From contig MU058009.1 of assembly GCA_013265495.1 (NCBI GenBank), positions 2,482,001 to 2,546,000 on the forward strand: a DNA stretch of 64,000 nucleotides, in the 5' to 3' direction. The notes under the pieces are model-generated. The model was not told where the DNA came from and did no database searches. It was given only the letters and a program-made list of their open reading frames with translations. Position 1 is the stretch's first letter; every line of letters starts with the position of its first letter. Source of the DNA: Vicugna vicugna. Lineage: Eukaryota. Positions 26,401 to 34,534 of the stretch are shown one piece after another. A program made the position numbers and the translations under genes.

Positions 26401-28152
26401 TGTGGGGGGAATGGAGGGGGAGGAGACGGGGAGGGGTCCGGGGCTTGAGCAGTACCAGTGGCATCCTACTCCTCAAACCAAGTGGTGGCTACACGGGTAT
26501 TTCATTACTGCTTAAGCTGTATGTATGTGCATTTGATATACTCTCATGTGTGCTACCTTCCAATTTTTAATTAAAAGAAGAGTCTAGGCAACATTTGGCT
26601 AGCACGAGGACAGGGAGCGAAAGCGAAGCAGCAGACGGTGAGGAGGAGCAAGGGAGCTGCACACATGCTGAGTACTCGTGACTCCTCCTAAGGGCACCGA
26701 GGGGACACTGAGGGGTTTAAGCAGGACACAACCCCGAAATCCAACCACCTACCAGGCTTGTCAGCAGCACACATGCAACAAAGCACCTCCGGCTCCCTGC
26801 TCATCCAAGACCTTTCCCTGCAAACCTATTTCTGCACATGACTTTATTCCTGGCATCTCACTGTCTGGCACAAAGTAGGGACTTAAATAAGTGTTTACTG
26901 ACTGAATGAATGACATACAGAGATTTACTTGAAAGAGTGTGCAAAGAAAATATGGATGGGAAAGCTATATACCAATTTCAGTAGCTGTTACTTCAGGTGG
27001 GAGAGAGACTAAGATGAGGGCAAAATTTCATCTACAATGTTTAACATACCGTGAAAGACAAACCTGAACCAATTATGACTAAATGAAATTACCCAAAATT
27101 GAAAGATGCACAGATGTTTGCTGCATGATACTCTACACCTATCTGTATGTTTGAACTACGGCCAAATAAATAAGATAAATAAATGCACGATTTAGGGAGG
27201 GAGGGTATAGCTCAGTGGTAGAGTGCATGCCTAGCATGCACAAGGTCCTGGGTTCAATCCCCAGTATCTCCATTAAAAATAAATAAATAAATCTAATTAC
27301 CTCCCCTCCCAAAAAATTTTTTAAAAATAAATTAATGCAAGATTTAGGGGGAGAGTATAGCTCAGTGGTAGAGTGTGTGCTTAGCATACATGAGGTTCTG
27401 AGTTCAACACCCCGTACCTCCATTAAAATAAATAAATAAACCTAATTACCTCCCCTTCCAAAAAAAAATAACAAATACAGGATTTAGCATACCCAGTGCC
27501 TTGTACATAATAAGCACCTATTAACGACAGCCACCTTAATAATAATGATGCCCGCACAGCTGTCTGCCATGGTCAAAAGCACACTGATACACTATCCCAG
27601 GGCCCATACTATTAACTGACTAGACGGCTGCTTATCTTATGGACAGAGATAATATGTTTGGGCTTTGTTTCCTGATTTGCAACATAAGTGAGCATTCTAA
27701 GGTAAACATATATATAATTCTGCCCTTAAGTATAAAACTTCTTGTTAATTGCTGAAAATCATCCTATTAAAATATTGCCTTATGCCCCATTATCAAGTTA
27801 ACATGTTATTAAACATACAACAGGATGTAGCTTACACTTTCTTTCTTAGTCAGACTATTAAATAGACTCTACACTTTGAAAAAAAAAAAAGAGTGATCAT
27901 TTGGGCTACAATGTAGAAAATTAAACAGAAGGGAGTACAAAGGACTGAAAACTTGCCAAGTGTGGAAAAGGCTAAGAACAACAGTTAGAGAGGAAAAGTG
28001 TCGACGTCACTACTCACATCCTCCAGAAGGTCCTCCGGCAGGCTCACCCTGGTGCCCCCCAGGAGGCAGTCCTCCATGATCCGCGTGCCATGGCCATCCC
28101 CACACGGGCCCAGTTCCAAGGGGTCCGTCAGCATGTGGTCCAAGGAATCCAT
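2360..28152 (-). CDS. NFRKB: NFRKB / INO80G, complete spliced CDS (25 coding exons, 3882 nt, 1293 aa)
   Basis: Exons assembled by hand with GT-AG junctions and continuous phase, from MDSLDHMLTDPLELGPCG to ...APSPKQAPDQQ*. Matches recalled NFRKB: N-terminal DEUBAD, winged helix, long S/T/A/V-rich tail. In-frame TAA two codons before the ATG. Confidence 0.97.
2578..2713 (-). CDS. NFRKB: NFRKB coding exon 24 (LSGLGRNIILTT...QGQATQ)
   Basis: ccctccag|C ... CAG|gtaagg; 136 nt. Confidence 0.95.
3880..3986 (-). CDS. NFRKB: NFRKB coding exon 23 (GKLPTRITVP...GNLGA)
   Basis: ttctccatag|GGG ... AA|gtgagt; 107 nt. Confidence 0.95.
4693..4839 (+). mobile_element. tRNA-Ala-derived SINE (camelid vic-1 type)
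   Basis: gggggagggtatagctcagtggtagagc...ggttcaatccccag with A and B boxes, A-tail; TSD attcaagagggg at 4685-4696 and 4840-4851. Confidence 0.9.
5520..6680 (+). mobile_element. Ancient, degraded L1M(E)-like fragment
   Basis: A-rich ORF2 end and 3' UTR-like motifs; boundaries approximate. Confidence 0.55.
6804..7571 (-). CDS. NFRKB: NFRKB coding exon 22, largest (VAITGQLGVK...VVSTSQA)
   Basis: ccctccag|GTG ... GCT|gtgagt; 768 nt, inside ORF 6777..7742. Confidence 0.96.
7680..8155. mobile_element. Old L1M 3' end (minus) interrupted by a MER2/Tigger-like element (about 7879-8020)
   Basis: ccatgtaccatcacccagcttcaa L1M motif; cggtcgttcctcggtatcc...ggagagggctgactg termini. Confidence 0.6.
8820..9768 (+). 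mobile_element. L2 relic
   Basis: C/T-rich body ending cagtgccgggcacac...cactcagtaaatacttgtctgatgaa. Confidence 0.65.
10229..10410 (+). mobile_element. 5'-truncated L1 3' end with A-tail
   Basis: tactgtagagcacagggaac...tttgctgtacacctgaaact...(aaaat)n; related to 49000-49150. Confidence 0.8.
10523..10735 (-). CDS. NFRKB: NFRKB coding exon 21 (TVMATVPVK...GQNIIKQ)
   Basis: aaccag|ACA ... CAG|gtaggg; 213 nt. Confidence 0.94.
11152..11404 (-). CDS. NFRKB: NFRKB coding exon 20 (VLLVSSPTMPQ...TKVVPQ)
   Basis: ttccccacag|G ... CAG|gtaaag; 253 nt. Confidence 0.94.
11504..11724 (-). CDS. NFRKB: NFRKB coding exon 19 (KSSSKESS...PAKSSS)
   Basis: ctctcag|AAG ... GG|gtaagt; 221 nt. Confidence 0.94.
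11846..11925 (-). CDS. NFRKB: NFRKB coding exon 18 (RIHQAQAAAAK...PPSKV)
   Basis: tttgcag|AG ... GTG|gtaggt; 80 nt. Confidence 0.94.
12104..12227 (-). CDS. NFRKB: NFRKB coding exon 17 (VNTVVSGALDRLHYEKDPCV...EEEF)
   Basis: ctccag|GTG ... G|gtgtgt; 124 nt. Confidence 0.95.
12601..12707 (-). CDS. NFRKB: NFRKB coding exon 16 (RDAAARLPNGEGTRAEI...VTSTQ)
   Basis: tgccag|TC ... CAG|gtagga; 107 nt. Confidence 0.95.
13100..13280. mobile_element. hAT-Charlie-type DNA transposon fragment
   Basis: ttctgagaaggggtcc...ttcaccagactgcc...catggcataaaaaaggttaa terminus; subfamily not assigned. Confidence 0.55.
13552..13726 (-). CDS. NFRKB: NFRKB coding exon 15 (ERYRYSQPHKAF...VTILSL)
   Basis: ctcttgcag|GAG ... 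G|gtgcgt; 175 nt. Confidence 0.95.
14122..14182 (-). CDS. NFRKB: NFRKB coding exon 14 (RTDYVVRPSTGEEKRAFQEQ)
   Basis: tgttccag|A ... CAG|gtaaga; 61 nt. Confidence 0.94.
14283..15015 (+). mobile_element. L1MA/MB-type 3' fragment with an internal (CA)n at 14491-14512
   Basis: ORF2-end motifs (tactcagccataaaaaa, acatggatggatctagag) and 3' UTR. Confidence 0.85.
15398..15444 (-). CDS. NFRKB: NFRKB coding exon 13 (QENEDSSDATMPVPR)
   Basis: ttttctccag|CAA ... GT|gtgagt; 47 nt. Confidence 0.93.
15552..15631 (-). CDS. NFRKB: NFRKB coding exon 12 (QSQDNEKELAALFQLWLETKDQAFCK)
   Basis: ttttaatag|GC ... AAG|gtacag; 80 nt. Confidence 0.94.
15960..16127. mobile_element. MER5A-like hAT element
   Basis: cagtgtttctcaac...ccaggcatcagcattttt...gcagcacacagccaggg..aagaacc. 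Confidence 0.65.
16330..18378 (+). mobile_element. Fragmented L2 relic with nested SINE and probable MER58-like piece
   Basis: L2-like body; terminus cagtgcctgacac...gaatgaatgaa. Confidence 0.6.
16860..16983 (+). mobile_element. tRNA-Ala-derived SINE (vic-1 type)
   Basis: Same head; TSD aaagtcctctc(g/t)tgg at 16844-16858 and 16984-16998; inserted into an L2 relic. Confidence 0.88.
18952..19017 (-). CDS. NFRKB: NFRKB coding exon 11 (VPSGFSPFVEFKEKTQQWKLL)
   Basis: ttcttgcag|CT ... G|gtgagt; 66 nt; winged-helix region. Confidence 0.94.
19242..19368 (-). CDS. NFRKB: NFRKB coding exon 10 (LEERVLDWQSSP...AGESR)
   Basis: ttccctcag|TTG ... G|gtaagg; 127 nt; winged-helix region. Confidence 0.95.
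19597..19705 (-). CDS. NFRKB: NFRKB coding exon 9 (PLEDLKPCLGINEI...TSLPM)
   Basis: ccctcgttag|G ... ATG|gtaagc; 109 nt. Confidence 0.95.
19936..20116 (-). CDS. NFRKB: NFRKB coding exon 8 (LYDLAVLKKKVKEKEERKKKK...VIKE), basic NLS-like run
   Basis: ttctctccag|CC ... GA|gtaagt; 181 nt. Confidence 0.95.
20475..20559 (-). CDS. NFRKB: NFRKB coding exon 7 (DHPDLLTGDLTLSDIMMRVNAGRKGSLA)
   Basis: tgtctag|GAT ... G|gtaaat; 85 nt. Confidence 0.94.
21308..21381 (-). CDS. NFRKB: NFRKB coding exon 6 (KLELGESDLKVMLRKHHEKRKYQP)
   Basis: ttctctcag|AT ... CCG|gtaaga; 74 nt. Confidence 0.94.
21949..22050 (-). CDS. NFRKB: NFRKB coding exon 5 (LSSWLPSSPARSPSP...DMKTS)
   Basis: cttttgaag|AT ... G|gtgagc; 102 nt; in-frame alternative acceptor at 22086. 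Confidence 0.93.
22522..22696 (-). CDS. NFRKB: NFRKB coding exon 4 (DLLEMARRSG...LSSDEE)
   Basis: ctcttccag|GAC ... G|gtgagt; 175 nt. Confidence 0.95.
23341..23468 (-). CDS. NFRKB: NFRKB coding exon 3 (GHFNPEVVKYRQL...ILASRN), DEUBAD end
   Basis: ctctttcag|AC ... AAC|gtgagt; 128 nt. Confidence 0.95.
23795..24010 (-). mobile_element. MIR SINE
   Basis: cccatcttacag...gcccaaggtcacacagcta...tttgaacccagg...ctccagagccc. Confidence 0.85.
24560..25200 (+). mobile_element. Old L1M 3' region fragment
   Basis: ctggactggatcctgga...gacatttgggaacaattgagaaaatctgaatatgg...aatgtaaagtttcttgggtgtga. Confidence 0.6.
25442..25643 (-). CDS. NFRKB: NFRKB coding exon 2 (PEIFFDVVSLSTW...NFRFGNPLHIAQKLFR), DEUBAD core
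   Basis: atcctccag|CCT ... G|gtgtgt; 202 nt. Confidence 0.95.
27196..27332 (+). mobile_element. vic-1-type SINE, first of a tandem pair
   Basis: tRNA-Ala head plus aataaataa...ctaattacctcccc tail. Confidence 0.9.
27348..27472 (+). mobile_element. vic-1-type SINE, second of a tandem pair
   Basis: tRNA-Ala head plus the same tail. Confidence 0.9.
28018..28152 (-). CDS. NFRKB: NFRKB coding exon 1 (MDSLDHML...EDLLED); exon begins at 28173 with 21 nt of UTR
   Basis: ttttgtcaag|GTT acceptor at 28173, ATG 28150-28152, GAT|gtgagt donor. Confidence 0.95.
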
Positions 28153-28659
28153 TGCTTATGTTCCACGGGTAACCTTGACAAAAAAAATGCAGTCACGCCT
28201 TGAGACAGAAAGGCAGAAATCCCAGGGATCTGATTGATGTCAAAAAATATTCTGGCCCAGAATACTGGATCTCAAATCCATTCTCACACCTTATTCTTAC
28301 ACCCTAACTACAGCTCAACGGCTCGCCTGCCCTTCTACCACTGAATCCTCCTCTGAATTTCAGATCTTTTCTAGGAGGATCTCTCGCTACTCAGAATGCT
28401 TCTACAGTAACTCCCAAATTTATAAAATTTCTTATACCTTCATTTTACACACAAACAAAATGAGACTCAAAGATTAAATGATCAACACATCAGAGTCCGT
28501 AATTTAGACTTCCCAGGCCAATAATCTACTATAACACAATTTATTTAATACTGTAGAGTTCTGTTTTAGCAATTAATTCTTTGTTGTTTCTTCACAAAAG
28601 AAAATTCAATGAAAATCCACATAGACTAGTAAAGTCCAGACGGTAACACTACATTACTT

Positions 28660-28850
28660 AACGAGGGTATATTAAGTGCCAGGCCTTTTGTATACCTCAT
28701 TCAATCCTTACAAGCATGCAAGACAGGGGTATTACATCTATTACAGACAGGAAAACCCAGGACCAAAGTAGATAAGTAACTTGCCTAACCCCAAAGGTAG
28801 GACTGAAACTCAGGTCTGCATGATGGCAAACCCATGTTCTTAACATATAC
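28660..28850 (-). mobile_element. MIR SINE
   Basis: ctcattcaatcctta...ttacagacaggaaaac...aagtaacttgcc. Confidence 0.7.
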
Positions 28851-30119
28851 ACAATACCTCCTGGATAAACTCTCAATTTAAATCAGGAAAAAGAAGTACC
28901 TTAATAGGACTTTATTCATCCACATAAACTCTGGAGGCTCCAAGACCTGACACCGACAGCCGGCAAAGTCAGTGGCCAACCCCTCTTTAGTTGGTCCATT
29001 TGATATTTATACCCATGTAAATGTGAGGATATTTTTCTCCCTCCTGTAATAACTGAACACTGCTGACCACCTTTAGAAAAGTGCACATGAAGATACTTTC
29101 AGAGAACAGCTCATAAAGCTGAGACCATAGGATTGAACAAAGTTAACAGGCCCACAGGGAGCTGGTACTCAATCTCTCTACAAACATGCTAAATCTATTC
29201 TCTATCTCTGATTCCTACCAAATGGAAAGGAAAAAAAAAAAGATTTAACAGTTAAAACACCAAATTTCTAGCCTGATCTCAGGGACCTTGGGCAAATCTT
29301 ATCTCACCAGGTGTCAATCTCCTTATCTATAAGATGAAGAGGAGCTGGACCAGGTCCTCTCTACTGTTATTTCCAATCCTAGAATCATGCAATGAATAAT
29401 CTCCAGGTGGATGCATTTGTATAACAACGTAGTCACCTAACGACATCTCATACTGAAACTCTCAAATGATAAAGGGCAGACCTGTAATAACTATTGCTAA
29501 AATAAGCACCTTTCCACTAATTATTTCAAGTTATCTGGAAGAGACGTCAGATCTAAGTAAAGATACAGCAGAAAGAGGAGTGTTCAAAGCAGCTGTACGG
29601 CCCCCAAGCCACTGGGCACCATCACCCTTCAGCACATGGTGAACTGCGCATCCTGAATACTCCTGGTGTCTAAATGACTGAAGCAGGTGAGAAAGCATGT
29701 GACATTCGCAGTTAACAAAACTTAAAAAAAGAAAAATGTAGATGCAACTTGATGCTCAGAATAAAGCCCGCTGAACAGAACTGGCACAGAATAGGTAACA
29801 GCTGCAAAGCCAGTGCTCTACCTGATTCTTAGGACGAACACCTGTTCCACAACTTGCTCCCGGGAAGTTTCTTCAACTAAGGTGGATGTGTAGCTAAATT
29901 TAACCTATTGGAGTGTCAATCTTTGCCCTGCTACAATTCTGAAGAGGACCTCAAAATACAAAAATCAGACAGCAGCCAAAGGGTTGGAACCCCGGAAGCA
30001 GAGGATTTCTAAGTCTTGTGGCGGCCTGGACCTCATTAGCAGACCAGGAAGGCCTCCCCCAATGGCCTCTCCTCTGCACCGGGGATAACCTTCCTTCTGG
30101 ACCCTCCCCAACGCAGAAG

Positions 30120-30660
30120 CTAACACCCCGGGTCCTTCCGCAACAACCGCCGGCTCCAAATCTGTAGCCCCTGCTGCACACCCAACCCAGCCAGCCCCGC
30201 CCGGGACCAAGGCCCAGGTCCGCCGCCCTGAACTGCACCTCCGCGCCCGCGGCCCCTCCCCCACACCGCGCCTAACCCTAACCCCCACCAAGCGGGCCCC
30301 CGGCTCCCGCCGGCTCCCCGGCCCCGCGCCCCCGGGGACAGCGACCCTTGGAGACCCACCGCTTGCTCCCTCCCTCCGCTCCCCGGAAACACTTTGACCC
30401 TTCCGGCGCCCCTGGCCCGCACTTACCCGCGCCGCGGGCGCGGGTCTCCTCACCCGCGGCGCTTCTCGGCCCGTGGGCTCCCGGACGCGCTCGCTCCCGC
30501 AAGGCGTCTGGGTGCGTGCACGCTCCGGGCTCGGGCGGCGGAAGGGGCGGGGCTGCGAGGGGCGGGGCCTAGAAGCGCCGGCGGCGGGAAAAAAAAGGCT
30601 TGGGGGCGCCGGGGGCGGGGCATGCGGGGCGGAGCCTGGAGCTGCAGAAACCCGCTTGAC
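30120..30660. promoter_or_regulatory. NFRKB CpG-island promoter, no obvious TATA box
   Basis: Dense CpG; GC boxes GGGGCGGGGC at 30544, 30559, 30612 and GGGGCGGAGC at 30626; E2F-type GGCGGGAAA at 30583-30591; ETS-like CGGAAG cores. Confidence 0.88.
30427..30535 (-). other. NFRKB: NFRKB non-coding first exon (5' end approximate)
   Basis: CGG|gtaagt donor at 30426 inside the CpG island, directly downstream of the GC-box cluster. Confidence 0.7.
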
Positions 30661-31517
30661 TGAGGCTTGGGATGCAGTTTGCAGTTAGCCTGTTGGTTTC
30701 ACCTGGTTTAGAAGCTCTCGGAGGGCAAAGACGGTGTCGCTAGTCTTTACCTGGCCGCGAATTGAGGCTCCGGAGCACAAGAGTGAGTGAATGCAATTTT
30801 ATTAACTAACGTTTGCAGAGCGCATACCCTGCTCCAGGCACTGTGCTGAATACTTTCCACCCAGTATGATACCACAGCTGGGTGCACTATTAGTTCCCAT
30901 TTTGCGGTTTCTTGAGTTTCATAGAGGAGAATGCGGACCTAAGCCTGTGCCCACCACCCACCCCCAGCCCCAGCCCGGCCCATTTCTCTCTTGTGGCCCT
31001 GGACCCTCGCTGTCTGGAAATACAGTACAGACATCGAAGAAATACATGTTAAATAAATCAAGCTCAATAGCCTTCCTCTCGTTGAGAACCTAGGGCCCTT
31101 TCTTCTTCATTGATTTTTACTTAGAACAGCTTCAAACCGCTTATTCCACAACTACTGCCAACCAGCCATGCAGAGACCATCAGTTCTCCAGGTTGGATGG
31201 AAATACGTCAAACTGGTGAGCCAAACTAATGTTCCTCCCTTGTTGGAAAATAGTGGTTTCCCAATAAAGACCAATCTCTGTTCCCCTGCTGGCTGCGTGC
31301 CTGCCCCTAGTTCCCGTGAGACTGCTGGGAGGGGTCTCGAATTAGAAACCATCAAGTACAAGGACAGAGGAACATCATTCCACAGTTGTCATATATAAAT
31401 TCCCTTACCTTGCGTCTCTGACCACACCAGACTCAAAACAAGTAAGTTGTAACATAAAAAAAAAAGTAATGATCTCAGTAGCTCTTGTACCTTGTACACA
31501 TACAAACAAGGAAGGTG

Positions 31518-31539
31518 TTTATTAAAAAAAATATTTATT
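31518..31539 (-). terminator. PRDM10 poly(A) signals (two AATAAA)
   Basis: TTTATT on + at 31518-31523 and 31534-31539; GU-rich tgtttgtatgtgt downstream on the minus strand; TGTA about 55 nt upstream. Confidence 0.75.
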
Positions 31540-33530
31540 AATTTTTACACCTGCTGAGTAGCACAAGACTATTAACACTATAACTCACTGAATGTACAAT
31601 AAATGTTCACATTTAAATAACAGGATAGGGTCAACATTTTCAACCTGTGGGTCAGCTTTAGCATCTCATGAAGTGCTTTTTAGCCCTACGTATCTTAAGT
31701 TTTTTGAAAAGATAATTCCAAGTCAGAAAACAAGAAGATCAAAACAATAGGTTTTTCCAGAATTTTACATGATGAAATGTCTATTTATGTGGGCACAAAT
31801 CAAACAATAGAAATGTAAAATCTATATGTAACCTCCAAAATTTTCACACCGCGCTGATTTAAATCTACAGTGCCAATGTGTCTTAGGAGAGGCCACAACA
31901 TAGATGTTGGCTACACACATTTTTTTCCAAATTGGGTCTTTAGATGGCTTATAATCTGCCATCTCTTCAAATCCAAGTCCTTTCGAGAATCTGTTACCTT
32001 AGAATAGATGTGCAGAATACCTGATCTTAAAGCAATGTTGTTTGGCTTGACTGCCACACCTGCATCTCTGGTTGACAACATACCAGTTAGTTTTAATTAG
32101 CGTCTTTACTTATTCCACATAAGGACAAAAAACAAAAAGAGAGAAAAAAAGAACTTAGAGGGGAAAGAAACAGATGTCCTTCCACAATATTTTTTTTCTT
32201 CTGTGTGTTTTAAAACTTGAAATAACTGGCATAAAATGAACATTCCATTCAGTGATAGTTTTCGATGTTAATCAATAAGTTATTCCTGAGGGGAGGGAGG
32301 TACCTTGCTGGTTCAAATTTAAAAAGACCCAACAGGGCCAGATTTAAGTTATAAAAACTAAACTGGACCTTTCGGAAAGTCTAATATTCTTCACCTAGCA
32401 AGTCTTTCTAGACTGGACACTAGGATATTTATAATCAATGCATTGTAGGACTTTGGGACTCAAAATCTCTATATTGTGACACAGATTCAATATTTTCTAT
32501 TGAAAACGTCAGCATTAAGTCTTTGTTACCAAAGATATAGAGTGCATTTTCATTTTCTACACAATTACCAAGTAACTCTCAAGTTCTCTTAGTGCCTAAG
32601 TTTTCAGGGATAACTAAATGAATAAGGTCCCAAAAATAAAGTGCAAAATCTACACATTAGTAAAGTTACTTCAATAGAATTGTTTACTTTTCAGAAAGGT
32701 GTCTTTACCACAAAGAAGTTACTATACTTCTTAATTTACAGAACCAGTTTTTACCCAGAAATGTAAATAAAATAAATCAGTTAACTTCATTTGAAACTGA
32801 AGGTAGGTCTTTCCGTTCTGGAGTGATAAATTCTATCATGCCATAATTATTCTAAAAATGTATTAGTATGTCACAAAGAGTTGTTAAAATACATACTGAT
32901 TTCTGCAATGTTTTGTGTGTACCACTGGAATGTACAGTAAAAAGAAGGGGAATGTCTTCCCCCACTGAATTCATACCTAACAGGACTCCCAAATAGGAAT
33001 ACAAATGAGGAAAACCATCATTGAGGCAGATTTTTCTCCCTCTCCCAACTGACTGTGCAACGTTAAGACTGGATTTCTTCCAGATCCCTTATAGTTACCT
33101 TAACATATTATAAATGGTCCCCACATTTTTATTTTCCCCTTAGATGTGAAGTTGCTCATCTTACCAAAAGGCCCAGATGAGTAGCAATATGTTTTAAAGT
33201 TAAAAGTGTTAAAAAAAAAATGAGGACCACCTTTCTACCCAACCTTAAAGAATGTTCATTTTAAGACAGCATTAGAAGTACTAAAATACACGGAATGCAC
33301 GAGCGAGGGTTGACTATATACTTGGTAAGAGCGGAAATTCACCCTTCACCAATGACGGGTAAGTGGGTCCTGCAGAACGGGCAGGACATGGTCTCAGTGC
33401 TTCTTAGTCTCTCAGTACAACTGTTTTAGTCATTTTTCTTGGTACCGTTATCTCCACTGTCTTCTCCATACAAGCACAACCAGCGGGTGGGAGGCCAAGC
33501 TTGCACGTGGAAGTTTAAAATCTGCTGACA

Positions 33531-33635
33531 TCAAGCAACCTTTTCTCGTACAGGGAGTCCACAGTCGTGGAGTCATAACGGGGTCAAGCAACCTTTTCTC
33601 GTACAGGGAGTCCACAGTCGTGGAGTCATAACGGG
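33531..33635. repeat. 53-bp tandem duplication (2 copies)
   Basis: tcaagcaacc...tcataacggg at 33531 and again at 33584; 52 identical nt. Confidence 0.97.
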
Positions 33636-34336
33636 AGACTGAGCAGAACACAAGGTTCCAGCCTAACCTGCTGAGGGCCAGCGTCTGTGGAAAGCACTAC
33701 CAACAGCCCAACAACCGCTTTCTAAAAAAGGCAAGTTTAAAAAAACATCAGCAGTAAGAAAAATTGAGATGACAGCTTGTCCTTCAGACCATCACTGCCA
33801 AACCTTTGTTTCATCATTTTAATTTTCATATTCAATAGACTCCCTCTGTTAAATGACTGAAATGCAAACAAGATGAAGCAGTCCTGACCTAGCACACGCC
33901 CATAAGATGCCCCTTCTCCATTGGTGCCGTGGCTTGGAATCAAGAAGTCCAGTGGCCATGGACTTGGCACATCCCTTCTCCACCTTTGGTACAAACACTA
34001 TACACCACTTAATATTTCCACAAAGGAAAAGTAAGGCTTATCCATGTGTTGAAAAACCAACTCAAGAGCAAGGCAAAGTTTCTCCATCTTGAAATCTACT
34101 TTCCCCTGAAAGATCTCCATTCCGTGGCAGAAACTCCTAGGCTTTGGAGAGTCAGTTTGGTAAAGGTGACCTTGATAAAACAAGCCCCAGGGTATGTATG
34201 AGCATCAAAACCGTGATTTCCAAACTCTTGAGTGAATGATAAATCTGAAAAAGAAGTTCTAAGTGTCAGAAGCTTCCAAACTGATGAATGAGAAAAGACA
34301 TGATGTGACTGCTTGATTCTGGCTCAAGGATGGAAG

Positions 34337-34534
34337 TTAAGGTTTAGAGATGTGCACTTCACTGCTCCCATTCCCATTGGTGGTGGTTGTAATGATGTAC
34401 TGTGTGGGCTGCTGGCTGGTGGTCTGGGGGTCCAAGTCACTGTGTGCAGCTGGCTGAACCTGGACCCCACCGGAGAGAGCAGCAGCTTGCTTCTCCTCCA
34501 ATTCTGGTTGACTTTCTGATAACACGTAATGACC
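34337..34534 (-). CDS. PRDM10: PRDM10 last coding exon (GHYVLSESQ...EVHISKP*)
   Basis: ctgctctag|GGT; TAA at 34337-34339. Confidence 0.95.
   Translation of the reverse strand, partial: GHYVLSESQPELEEKQAAALSGGVQVQPAAHSDLDPQTTSQQPTQYIITTTTNGNGSSEVHISKP

Larger units (their letters stand above)
31500..34336 (-). other. PRDM10: PRDM10 3' UTR, about 2.8 kb, AT-rich
   Basis: Largely repeat-free stretch from the stop to the paired AATAAA signals. Confidence 0.75.

Noticed and set aside
30271..30285. cctaaccctaacccc telomere-like repeat
   Set aside because: About two units only; expected by chance in C-rich DNA.
32926..32937. Partial match to a recalled PRDM10 binding motif (GTACATTCCA) in its own 3' UTR
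   Set aside because: Incomplete match, motif from memory, not near a promoter.
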